Source: Betaproteobacteria bacterium (lineage in GTDB: Bacteria > Pseudomonadota > Gammaproteobacteria > Burkholderiales > SG8-41). Taken from it: a stretch of DNA of 64,000 nt. The stretch spans positions 392 to 64,391 of the forward strand of contig JAQGNH010000247.1 of assembly GCA_028291945.1 (NCBI GenBank), written 5' to 3'. Positions 40,163-48,596 of the stretch are shown here, piece by piece (positions within the stretch are counted from its first letter, which is position 1; each line of letters begins with the position of its first letter). The notes beneath the pieces are model-generated. The model was not told the origin of the DNA, searched no databases, and saw only the letters and a list, made by a program, of their open reading frames with translations. The translations under genes and the position numbers were made by a program.

Positions 40163-41248
40163 TCATCTGAGCTTCAGTGTAGAAAGACCTATCAGCACTA
40201 ACATCATTGAGATGATCCAGAAGCGCACGACAACTTGGTTTTCCTTCCATCCTTTGAGCTCATAGTGGTGATGCAGCGGCGCCATTCGGAAAATGCGTTT
40301 GCCCGTGAGCTTGAAGGACGCGACCTGCAGCATCACCGACAAAGTCTCCACGACAAACACGCCACCCATCACCAGCAGCACGATTTCCTGCCTCACGATC
40401 ACGGCCATGGTCCCAAGCGCTGCGCCAAGCGCGAGCGCACCGACGTCACCCATGAAGACTTCCGCTGGATAGGCGTTGAACCATAGGAACGCGAGACCCG
40501 CGCCTGCCAATGCACCGCAGATCACTGCAAGCTCGCTCGCGCCAGGGATATAGGGGAAATTGAGATATTTCGAGAAGACGGCGTGACCGGCGACGTACGC
40601 AAATACGCCGAGCGCGCTGCCGATCATGACGGTCGGCATGATCGCAAGGCCATCGAGCCCATCCGTGAGGTTGACGGCATTGCTCGTGCCGACTATGACG
40701 AAATAGGTCATCACGATGAAACCTATCCAGCCGAGCGGATACGCCACCTGTTTGAAGAAGGGGACGATGAATGCCGTCTGAGCGGGCAGGTTCGTGGAAA
40801 ACGCGATATACCACGCCGCAGTGACGCCGAATACCGACTGCCAGAAGAACTTGGTGCGCGCGGAAAGTCCTTTGGGATTGCGGTGTACGACTTTTCGGTA
40901 ATCGTCGATCCAGCCGATCGCGCCGAAAGCCACTGTCACCCACAGAACGACCCATACGAATCGGTTACTCAGGTCCGCCCACAGTAGCGTGGTCACCACC
41001 ACGGAAACGAGGATCAGTGCGCCACCCATCGTCGGCGTACCGGCTTTCGTGAGGTGGCTCTGGGGACCATCGCTGCGCACGGCCTGCCCTATTTTGTATG
41101 CCGTGAGCTTGCGGATCATCGCCGGGCCGACGACGAATGAAAGCACGAGCGCAGTCAGGCACGCGAGCACTGCGCGCAACGTGATGTAGTTGAACACGTT
41201 GAAAGCGCGGATATCCTTCCCCAACAGCTGCGCGAGCTCTAAGAGCAT
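40163..41248 (-). CDS. mraY: Phospho-N-acetylmuramoyl-pentapeptide transferase
   Basis: …NVFNYITLR…, …[10 protein letters not shown]…, …[12 protein letters not shown]…. Confidence 0.97.
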   Translation of the reverse strand: MLLELAQLLGKDIRAFNVFNYITLRAVLACLTALVLSFVVGPAMIRKLTAYKIGQAVRSDGPQSHLTKAGTPTMGGALILVSVVVTTLLWADLSNRFVWVVLWVTVAFGAIGWIDDYRKVVHRNPKGLSARTKFFWQSVFGVTAAWYIAFSTNLPAQTAFIVPFFKQVAYPLGWIGFIVMTYFVIVGTSNAVNLTDGLDGLAIMPTVMIGSALGVFAYVAGHAVFSKYLNFPYIPGASELAVICGALAGAGLAFLWFNAYPAEVFMGDVGALALGAALGTMAVIVRQEIVLLVMGGVFVVETLSVMLQVASFKLTGKRIFRMAPLHHHYELKGWKENQVVVRFWIISMMLVLIGLSTLKLR

Positions 41249-41272
41249 CGTGAACTCCCGACGGGAATACGG

Positions 41273-41301
41273 GATGAATGCGGAATACGGAATGAAAACC
41301 G
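41273..41301 (-). repeat. GAATG-rich repeat element, copy B, 24 nt upstream of the mraY ATG
   Basis: Forward gatgaatgcggaatacggaatgaaaaccg. See copy A at 6306-6341. Confidence 0.6.
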
Positions 41302-41333
41302 CATGGCACGTGTCACGTGAGTGGTTTTACTCA

Positions 41334-42716
41334 TCATTCGCCGTTTGTCATTTCCAACGCGTTTACCACGCGTTCCATCTTCATGAAGCGTGAACCTTTC
41401 ACGAGCACTGTCACGTCAGGCGCGAGCGCATCCTGAAGATCTTCAAGCAGATCTTCGATGCGCGTGAAATGCTTGGCGTCAGCGCCAAACGCCTTGGTGG
41501 CCTCGGCCGAGTTCGCACCCAGCGCCAGCATGCGGTCGAGACGCGCTTCTTTAGCGACGGCACCCACTTCTGCGTGCAGGCGCGGCGCGTCAGGACCGAG
41601 CTCGCCCATATCACCGAACACGAGAATTTTGCGCCCGGGCGCCTGCGCCAGTACCGAGATCGCTGCACGTACGGACTCGGGGTTGGCGTTATACGTGTCG
41701 TCGATCAGTACAGCCCCCTTGCGGCCACGCTTTCTCTGAAGGCGGCCTTTGATTCCTGAAAACCGCCCGAGCCCTGCTGCAATCACGTTCAGCGGGATAT
41801 CGAGCGCCGTTGCAGCTGCAGCGGCAGCTAGCGCATTGCGAACGTTGTGTACCCCGGGCGCACCGAGCTGCACGTTTGCTTCACCGCTGGAATGTCGCAA
41901 TACGATATCGCTGTCGAGCTCACGTAGCCTGAAGCTGCCTGTTACGGCAGCAGCGTGCTCTAGGCCAAAGTCAACGCACGGCCGCGATTTCGTGAGCTCG
42001 CGCCACAGCGGAGCGTAACGATCGTCGGCGTTGAAGACGGCGGTCGCTTCGGGCCGTAGAGATTCAAAAATTTCGCCTTTGGCGCGTGCGATCGCTTCCT
42101 CCGATCCGAGGAATTCAATGTGGGCACGCCCGGCGTTCGTCACGAGTGCTACGTCCGGATCGGCGAGATCGGCAAGGTAACGAATCTCGCCCGCGTGATT
42201 CATCCCCATCTCGATAACGGCATAACGGTGCACCGGGGTGAGCTCGAGCAGCATCAACGGCAGGCCGATGTCATTGTTGAGATTTCCGCGCGTCGCAAGC
42301 ACCGGGTCTTCAGCCGCTCCCCCTGCATCGCGCGACGCGTGACGAAGAATCGCAGCAAGCATCTCCTTGACCGTCGTTTTGCCGCTGCTGCCCGTAAGCG
42401 CGACGAGCGGCATTCTGAAACGGCTGCGCCAGTGTGCCGCAAGGCGGCCCAGCCCAAGGCGAGTATCGTCGACGACGATCAGCGGCAGGCGCTCTGCGGC
42501 CTGCAGCGAAAAGGCGGTGTCGACCATCGCGGCCGCCGCGCCTGCACCTGCTGCGGCCCGGAGAAAGCCGTGGCCGTCATAGCGCTCGCCGCGCAGCGCC
42601 ACGAAAAGATTTCCTCGTTTGAGGGTGCGCGTATCCGTGCTCACCCCGGAAAAATCGACGTCGCCGCCAACGAGTCTGGCGTCTACGGCGTTCGCGGCCT
42701 CACTGAGCCGCATCAT
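41334..42716 (-). CDS. murF: UDP-N-acetylmuramoyl-tripeptide--D-alanyl-D-alanine ligase
   Basis: …LTGSSGKTTVKEM…, Mur ligase family. Overlaps the murE stop. Confidence 0.95.
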   Translation of the reverse strand: MMRLSEAANAVDARLVGGDVDFSGVSTDTRTLKRGNLFVALRGERYDGHGFLRAAAGAGAAAAMVDTAFSLQAAERLPLIVVDDTRLGLGRLAAHWRSRFRMPLVALTGSSGKTTVKEMLAAILRHASRDAGGAAEDPVLATRGNLNNDIGLPLMLLELTPVHRYAVIEMGMNHAGEIRYLADLADPDVALVTNAGRAHIEFLGSEEAIARAKGEIFESLRPEATAVFNADDRYAPLWRELTKSRPCVDFGLEHAAAVTGSFRLRELDSDIVLRHSSGEANVQLGAPGVHNVRNALAAAAAATALDIPLNVIAAGLGRFSGIKGRLQRKRGRKGAVLIDDTYNANPESVRAAISVLAQAPGRKILVFGDMGELGPDAPRLHAEVGAVAKEARLDRMLALGANSAEATKAFGADAKHFTRIEDLLEDLQDALAPDVTVLVKGSRFMKMERVVNALEMTNGE

Positions 42717-44272
42717 CGTGCACGCTCCTTGAGCATCGCCCGAACCACCGCTGCGTCGCTGTACGGATGCTTGATGCCGGCTATCTCCTGATACGGCTCG
42801 TGTCCTTTGCCTGCTATGAGCACGACGTCGCCTGCGCCAGCATGCGCTAATGCATCACGGATGGCGTTCGTACGGTCTTCGACGACCTTGGCGCCCCCTG
42901 AAATGCCTGCGAGGACGTCATCGATGATGCTGCAAGGATCTTCGCTGCGCGGATTGTCACTCGTCACGATCACTTCGTCGGCCAGCGTGCTCGCGATGCG
43001 TCCCATGAGAGGGCGCTTTCCGCGGTCGCGATCTCCTCCACACCCAAACACGCACACGAGCTTCCCGCCGCGTAAGCCGACGCTCATCAACTCGCGCAGC
43101 GCACGCAGCACGTTCTCCAGTGCGTCCGGTGTATGCGCGTAGTCGACCACCACCAGCGGCCGGCGACCACCTCCAAAGCCCTCTGTGCGGCCGGGAACCG
43201 GCGTCACCTTCTGCAACGCCTCGACTGCATCATCAAGACCGCTGTCACTCGCAAGCAGCACGGCCAGAGTGCCCAGCAGATTGGCCGCATTGAATCGCCC
43301 GATCAGCCGGCTTTCGATCGCACTGCGACCCCACGGTGTGGTCACCTCGAAAGCAATGCCCTTCGAGCTCATGCGCAGGTTACGACCCACGAGACGCGAC
43401 ATCCGCCGACCGCGAAGCGTCGATGGCAAGGCACGCCCAAACCCGTAACCCAGCACCTGTATTCCGCGCTGCTGTGTCGGTCTTACGAGCTGCGCACCAA
43501 ACCGGTCGTCGAGATTGAGCACCGCGCTCTTCAGTGTAGGGAACCGGAACAGACGCGCTTTCGCGCTTCCGTAATTGCGCATCGTGCGGTGATAGTCCAG
43601 ATGATCGCGCGTGAGATTCGTGAAGAGCGCAACGTCGAACTCGACGCCTGACACCCGGTCCTGGGCGAGGCCATGTGATGACACTTCCATGCTGACGGCG
43701 CGCGCTCGCTGGCGCACGAAGTCGCGCAGCCGCGCTTGCAGCCAGAGGGCGTCAGGCGTGGTGTTGACGAGCGGCTCCAGTTTACCGGGCCATCCACTGC
43801 CAAGCGTGCCCACGACCCCGCACTTCCTGTGCATGCGCGTGAGCGCCTGTGCCACCCAATGGCTGCAGGAGGTCTTCCCGTTGGTGCCAGTCACGCCGAC
43901 CGTCCACAAGTGCGAGCTCGGGCGCCCATAGGCTTCGCTTGCGATTTCGCCCGCGCGCCGCCGCAAGTTTTCGATCGGAGCGTTTTTGACCCGCCATGTC
44001 CGGCGCCAGGTGAAATCATCGCGCTCCCATAACACTGACGCCGCACCGCGCTCGATCGCGCGCGGAATGAAATCCCGGCCATCGAGTGCTTCCCCGGGAT
44101 AAGCGACGAACGTGTCACCCGCGACAACCTGTCTGCTGTCGCTGACCAGGCGAGTGAGACCCAGCTCGTCGATCGCGCGCCAGTCTATCCCCGGTGCGGG
44201 GACACGAACGAGCGAGCGTCGTTGCTGAATTCCTCGCGTCGGCACCTCTGCCCTCCCGGCTCCGGCGCTCAC
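42713..44272 (-). CDS. murE: UDP-N-acetylmuramoyl-L-alanyl-D-glutamate--2,6-diaminopimelate ligase
   Basis: …VGVTGTNGKTS…, …DNPRSEDP… GTG start overlapping the ftsI TGA. Confidence 0.94.
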   Translation of the reverse strand: MSAGAGRAEVPTRGIQQRRSLVRVPAPGIDWRAIDELGLTRLVSDSRQVVAGDTFVAYPGEALDGRDFIPRAIERGAASVLWERDDFTWRRTWRVKNAPIENLRRRAGEIASEAYGRPSSHLWTVGVTGTNGKTSCSHWVAQALTRMHRKCGVVGTLGSGWPGKLEPLVNTTPDALWLQARLRDFVRQRARAVSMEVSSHGLAQDRVSGVEFDVALFTNLTRDHLDYHRTMRNYGSAKARLFRFPTLKSAVLNLDDRFGAQLVRPTQQRGIQVLGYGFGRALPSTLRGRRMSRLVGRNLRMSSKGIAFEVTTPWGRSAIESRLIGRFNAANLLGTLAVLLASDSGLDDAVEALQKVTPVPGRTEGFGGGRRPLVVVDYAHTPDALENVLRALRELMSVGLRGGKLVCVFGCGGDRDRGKRPLMGRIASTLADEVIVTSDNPRSEDPCSIIDDVLAGISGGAKVVEDRTNAIRDALAHAGAGDVVLIAGKGHEPYQEIAGIKHPYSDAAVVRAMLKERAR

Positions 44273-45999
44273 ACTTCTTCCTTCACTTCAGGCGCGCTCG
44301 GTGGCGGCAGGACAACGTTATTCGTCGGTGCATCGGGCGGAATGGCGAGCAGACGCAACGTGCCCGCCATAACCTGGCTGAATACGGGCGCCGCTACGGT
44401 GCCGCCGTAGTACTGACCTGCAGAAGGCTCGTCGATCATCACCGCGACGATCAGACGCGGGTTCGACGCAGGCGCGAGTCCGATGAATGACGACACATAT
44501 TTGTTGGCGTAAGTCCGCCCTTCGAGCTTGTGTGCTGTGCCTGTTTTTCCTCCGACGCGATACCCCGAAATCTGAGCCTTCGGCGCTGTCCCGCCCGGGA
44601 GCACTGCAAGCTCGAGCATCGCGCGTACGGCTTGCGCGGTTTGCGGCTTCAGTACGCGCACCCTCTCCACAGGCGCTTCGCGCTTGATGAGCGTGAGCGG
44701 CACAACCTCTCCGTCGTTCGCGAAAACGGTGTACGCACGGGCAAGCTGCAGCAGCGAGACCGAAATGCCATGGCCGTACGACATCGTGGCCTGCTCGATC
44801 GGTTTCCAGGTGGCGTAAGCGCGCAGCTTTCCCGCCACTTCGCCGGGGAAACCGGACGCGGGGACGGCACCGAAGCCGACCTGCCGGAACAACGTCCACA
44901 TGTTCTCCGCAGGCAATGACAAGGCCATCTTCGCTGCACCGACATTGGATGATTTCTGGATGACTTGTGAGACCGTCAGCGCACCCTGGGGATGCGCGTC
45001 ATGAATAGTGCGGTTGCCGATGGTGAGATACCCCGGCGCCGTTTGTATGACCGTTTCCGGTTTGAAAAGTCCAGCCTCGAGCGCCGCGGATGCAGTGAAC
45101 GGCTTCAAAGTGGAGCCCGGCTCGAAAAGATCCGTTACGGCGCGGTTGCGCGTGCGCTTCGGGTCGAGCTTGCCGCGATTGTTCGGGTTGTAGGAAGGCA
45201 GGTTCGCCATTGCGAGCACTTCGCCCGTGCGCGCATCCAGCACAACGATACCGCCCGCTTTCGCGCGATGTTCGAGGACTGCATTTCTCAACTCGCGAAA
45301 CGCGAGATACTGGATTCGTGCATCGATCGAGAGCGTGATTTTCGCGCCGTCCTGCGGCTTGCGAATGCTGTCGACGTCTTCGATGATGCGCCCGCGGCGG
45401 TCCTTGATCACGCGGCGGGTGCCTGCCTTCCCCGTCAAGTCGGGATCGAATGCAAGCTCAAGCGCCTCCTGCCCTTTGTCATCGACGTCAGTGAAGCCGA
45501 TCAGGTGCGCCATCACGTCGCCCGCGGGATAGTAGCGGCGATACTCGCGCTGCAGGAACACGCCGGGGACGCCAAGCTCGACGATCTTCTCCGCCTGATC
45601 GGGAGGCAGCTGGCGCTTGAGGTACACGAACTCGCGCTTCGAATCGGCGAGTCTCCGCCGCACCTCGGCAGTGTCCATTTCAAGTAAATGGGCAAGCTTC
45701 GCCAACTGAGAAGGCGTGGTCTCCATGTCCGCAGGGCTGGCTGCAACAGACTCGACCGGCGTGGAGATCGCAAGAGGCTCATTATTGCGATCCACGATCA
45801 TGCCCCGCGTTGCACCGAGCGACAGCACTCTCGAATATCGCGACTCGCCTTTCGCCTGCAGGAAATCGTTGTGCAATCCCTGGAGGTAGACAGCGCGAAT
45901 AACAAGCGCGATGAACCACCCGACGATCCCGACCAGCAGCAAGCGTGAGCGCCACGGTGAAAATTTGAGCGCCAGAGCAGGCGACGCGCTGATGTTCAT
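44269..45999 (-). CDS. ftsI: Peptidoglycan D,D-transpeptidase FtsI (PBP3)
   Basis: Start [13 protein letters not shown] at 45999, overlapping the ftsL stop (ATGA). Motifs STLKP, SSN, KTGT. The 727-aa track ORF is a 5' over-extension. Confidence 0.95.
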   Translation of the reverse strand: MNISASPALALKFSPWRSRLLLVGIVGWFIALVIRAVYLQGLHNDFLQAKGESRYSRVLSLGATRGMIVDRNNEPLAISTPVESVAASPADMETTPSQLAKLAHLLEMDTAEVRRRLADSKREFVYLKRQLPPDQAEKIVELGVPGVFLQREYRRYYPAGDVMAHLIGFTDVDDKGQEALELAFDPDLTGKAGTRRVIKDRRGRIIEDVDSIRKPQDGAKITLSIDARIQYLAFRELRNAVLEHRAKAGGIVVLDARTGEVLAMANLPSYNPNNRGKLDPKRTRNRAVTDLFEPGSTLKPFTASAALEAGLFKPETVIQTAPGYLTIGNRTIHDAHPQGALTVSQVIQKSSNVGAAKMALSLPAENMWTLFRQVGFGAVPASGFPGEVAGKLRAYATWKPIEQATMSYGHGISVSLLQLARAYTVFANDGEVVPLTLIKREAPVERVRVLKPQTAQAVRAMLELAVLPGGTAPKAQISGYRVGGKTGTAHKLEGRTYANKYVSSFIGLAPASNPRLIVAVMIDEPSAGQYYGGTVAAPVFSQVMAGTLRLLAIPPDAPTNNVVLPPPSAPEVKEEV

Positions 46000-46277
46000 C
46001 GCGCATCCTCTGCGGCCAGGGGCGGGACGACCTGAATTCGGGACGCGGGCGGCACACGCATGCCCAGGTTGCGCGCCGCGATTTTTTCGATGCGTGAGTG
46101 CATCGCCCAGGTGCTTTGCTCGAGCTGTAGCTGCCCCCATTCGATCTCGAGCCGCTTTGCGAGCTCCTGCTCTTTCTGCAGCTCGACGTAGAGCTTGCGC
46201 GCCTGATGCTGCGAGGTCACCAGCATGAGCCCGCACGCGATGAGAATGCCAAGCAGCACGAGATTGAGGCGCGTCAT
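45996..46277 (-). CDS. ftsL: Cell division protein FtsL
   Basis: 93 aa, single TM ([15 protein letters not shown]) followed by a coiled coil, in the conserved position. Confidence 0.9.
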   Translation of the reverse strand: MTRLNLVLLGILIACGLMLVTSQHQARKLYVELQKEQELAKRLEIEWGQLQLEQSTWAMHSRIEKIAARNLGMRVPPASRIQVVPPLAAEDAR

Positions 46278-47317
46278 ACCTGAAGCGACGCCTCGAAGCG
46301 GCCCTTCGAAGTTCCACCCGGATTGCGCGGGCGTCTCCCAGCGAGTCCTTTGGACGAATCGCTCCAGGCACCCGCCGGCCTTGCATCCCGGCTTGCACTG
46401 GTTCGTTCAGCCGCGCGCATGATCGCGCTTCTTGCGCGCGGATTGATCGCAATCTCGGAATCGGAGGGACGGCGAGCTTTGCCGATGAGACGCAGCCGTG
46501 GCTGAGGCAGATCGCGTGCGCGCACCGCGAGTCGCGCCGGGAGCGTATCGGCCCGCGATTGCTCGCGCAGAAAACGCTTGACGATACGGTCCTCGAGCGA
46601 ATGAAAACTGATAACGACGAGCCTGCCGCCGGCCTCCAGCAGCTCGACGCACTGCGGCAGCACTAGCGAGAGTTCTTCAAGCTCCTGATTGACATGAATC
46701 CGTAGAGCTTGAAACGTGCGCGTCGCCGGGTCCTGATGTGACTCGCGCGTGGGAACGGCTTCTGCCACGAGCGCGGCCAGCTGTCGTGTGGTGCCCAGAG
46801 ATCCCCTCGCTCGAGCCGCAACAATCGCTGCTGCAATCGATTTAGCAAACCGTTCTTCACCATAGTTTTTTATAACCTCCCGGATCTCTGATTCAGTGGC
46901 GAAAGCGAGCCACTCCGCTGCCGTGGTGCCGCGCGTCGTATCCATGCGCATGTCGAGCGGCGCCTCGCGTCTGAAGCTGAAGCCGCGCTCGTCCGCCTCG
47001 AGCTGCGGCGAAGACATACCCAGGTCGAGCAAAATGCCGTGCACGCGTGTCACACCTGCGCCTTCGAGTAACTGCGCGAGCCGGCCGAAGGCCCCGTGCA
47101 GGATGGTGAACCGCGGATCGGTTATTCCCGCGGCGGCTTCCACCGCCGCAGGGTCTCGGTCAAGCGCGATCAGGCGACCGTCGGCGCCGAGCCGCGACAG
47201 TACGAGACGACTATGCCCTCCGCGCCCGAACGTGCAGTCGACATACACGCCGGCTTCGTTGACGTTGAGGCCGTCGACGGCTTCATGCAGCAGGACCGGG
47301 GTATGCGAGCCGCTCAC
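46274..47317 (-). CDS. rsmH: 16S rRNA (cytosine1402-N4)-methyltransferase
   Basis: …[10 protein letters not shown]…[10 protein letters not shown]…DLGMSSPQL… Carries an additional ~39-aa basic C-terminal extension. Confidence 0.94.
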   Translation of the reverse strand: MSGSHTPVLLHEAVDGLNVNEAGVYVDCTFGRGGHSRLVLSRLGADGRLIALDRDPAAVEAAAGITDPRFTILHGAFGRLAQLLEGAGVTRVHGILLDLGMSSPQLEADERGFSFRREAPLDMRMDTTRGTTAAEWLAFATESEIREVIKNYGEERFAKSIAAAIVAARARGSLGTTRQLAALVAEAVPTRESHQDPATRTFQALRIHVNQELEELSLVLPQCVELLEAGGRLVVISFHSLEDRIVKRFLREQSRADTLPARLAVRARDLPQPRLRLIGKARRPSDSEIAINPRARSAIMRAAERTSASRDARPAGAWSDSSKGLAGRRPRNPGGTSKGRFEASLQV

Positions 47318-47760
47318 AGCGAAAATCCCTCGAGCTCAGGGGGCAGGCCGCCTGCGCCGAAACTGCCCGCCTTGGAAACCATCTGCTCCCAGTTGTCCTT
47401 GTTCCAGAGCTCGAATTTCTTGCCCTGTCCCACCAGCACCACGGCTTTGTCGAGTTGCGCGTACTCACGCAAGGCCGGCGAAATGAGCACGCGGCCAGCG
47501 CCGTCCATGTCCACGTCGACTGCGAACCCGATCAGTCGGCGCTGCAATTCGCGCACACGAGGGTCAAGATTGGAGAGCCCTTCGAGCTTCTGCTGGATCA
47601 ATTCCCAGTCCGGAAGGGGATAGACGAGCAAGCATCGGTCAGCATCGGCGGTGATCACCAGGTGCCCTGCGCAACGCTCGAGAAGCGCGTCCCGATGCCG
47701 CGCCGGCACGGCAAGTCGCCCTTTAACGTCCAGATTTAATTGTGAAATACCGCGGAACAC
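47314..47760 (-). CDS. mraZ: Transcriptional regulator MraZ
   Basis: [24 protein letters not shown]… GTG 47760 lies 6 nt downstream of AGGGAG. The track start GTG 47772 is 4 codons upstream. Confidence 0.93.
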   Translation of the reverse strand: MFRGISQLNLDVKGRLAVPARHRDALLERCAGHLVITADADRCLLVYPLPDWELIQQKLEGLSNLDPRVRELQRRLIGFAVDVDMDGAGRVLISPALREYAQLDKAVVLVGQGKKFELWNKDNWEQMVSKAGSFGAGGLPPELEGFSL

Positions 47761-47807
47761 GAGCTCCCTCACTCATGGGGCTCCGGCGGCGCCTCCCCCA
47801 CCGGTTT

Positions 47808-47844
47808 GTGGCACTTTCTCCCACTTTCTACCACTTCGTCCCAC
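47808..47844 (-). promoter_or_regulatory. MraZ operator: four direct repeats with an exact 10-bp period
   Basis: Minus-sense AGTGGGA cga AGTGGTA gaa AGTGGGA gaa AGTGCCA. This matches the TGGGN, 5-nt-spacer architecture known for E. coli MraZ sites. Confidence 0.7.
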
Positions 47845-47871
47845 TATATTGAAACCGGAGAGAGGGGTCAA
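47843..47871 (-). promoter_or_regulatory. Pmra sigma70 promoter
   Basis: Minus-sense TTGACC, 17 nt, TATAGT, immediately upstream of and overlapping the MraZ boxes. Confidence 0.65.
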
Positions 47872-48033
47872 GCGTTACGGTGGGTTTTTTTGTTGTTCCG
47901 ACAAAGACTTACCCAAAACTGTTCAGCACGTTTTTATGTTTGCGCAGATGCAGCAGCGCGCTAAAGACCGTACTTAAAGTGGAACCTTAAGTACAGGGCG
48001 GTGGGAAATTCTTGTAGAAGGGGTCGTGCGGGG

Positions 48034-48428
48034 AAAACGAAGCTGGCCGGTAAGCCGGGTTCTGTCGTGGACAGCCATTCCTCTGGGCCCTGGATTACTC
48101 CAAGGCTCAAGCCACCTACCCGCGAGCTCGGCGGGTCGCGTCATCGCTCGCCTATTTGGTGTTGCTCCGGGTGGAGGTTGCCGCGTTTCACCCCTGAAAA
48201 GCCAGCGTTAGTAAGCCGCTAACAATTCAGGACTCGTCTCTGTGGCCCTATTCCTCGCCTTCGTCACACGGTTAATTGCCCGTGATGGCGCAAGCTCGTA
48301 CGACTTATAGCGGACGGGTATTACCCGCCACCCTACCCTGCGGAGCCCGGACTTTCCTCTACACACGGCTTCGACGAAAAACTACACGTCGCTTCGATCC
48401 CGCATGCAGCGGCTGTCTGGCCAGCTTC
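48034..48428 (-). ncRNA. rnpB: RNase P RNA (bacterial type A)
   Basis: Minus-sense GAAGCTGGCCAGACAGCCGC…GAGGAAAGTCCGGGCTCC…ACCTCCACCCGGAGCAACACCAAATAGG…GGCTGTCCACGACAGAACCCGGCTTACCGGCCAGCTTC is collinear with E. coli M1 RNA conserved regions. P1 pairing occurs between the two ends. Confidence 0.93.
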
Positions 48429-48596
48429 GCCTTCTATTTTACAGTGCAAACAGCGAATCGTTCCCCGCATGCTCGCGGCTACAAACCCGGAGGCACGCTC
48501 CATCCTTTCCCGCGGCCGATTCCTGTTTCCGCCCGCAAGGAGAAGGACTACAGTGTTACTCGAGGCCGCATCCAGTCCGGCCTGAAGGAGGGTTCC

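Noticed and set aside
45999-46452. N-terminal 150 aa of the 727-aa ftsI track ORF
   Set aside because: This extension overlaps ftsL and the rsmH end in another frame. ATG 45999 gives the canonical FtsI N-terminal TM segment and an ATGA overlap with ftsL.
48276-48596. 5' part of the 279-aa + strand ORF, and the ORFs at 48001-48222
   Set aside because: They overlap the RNase P RNA gene on the opposite strand. A strong AAGGAGG-ATG at 48597 marks the real start of the membrane protein.
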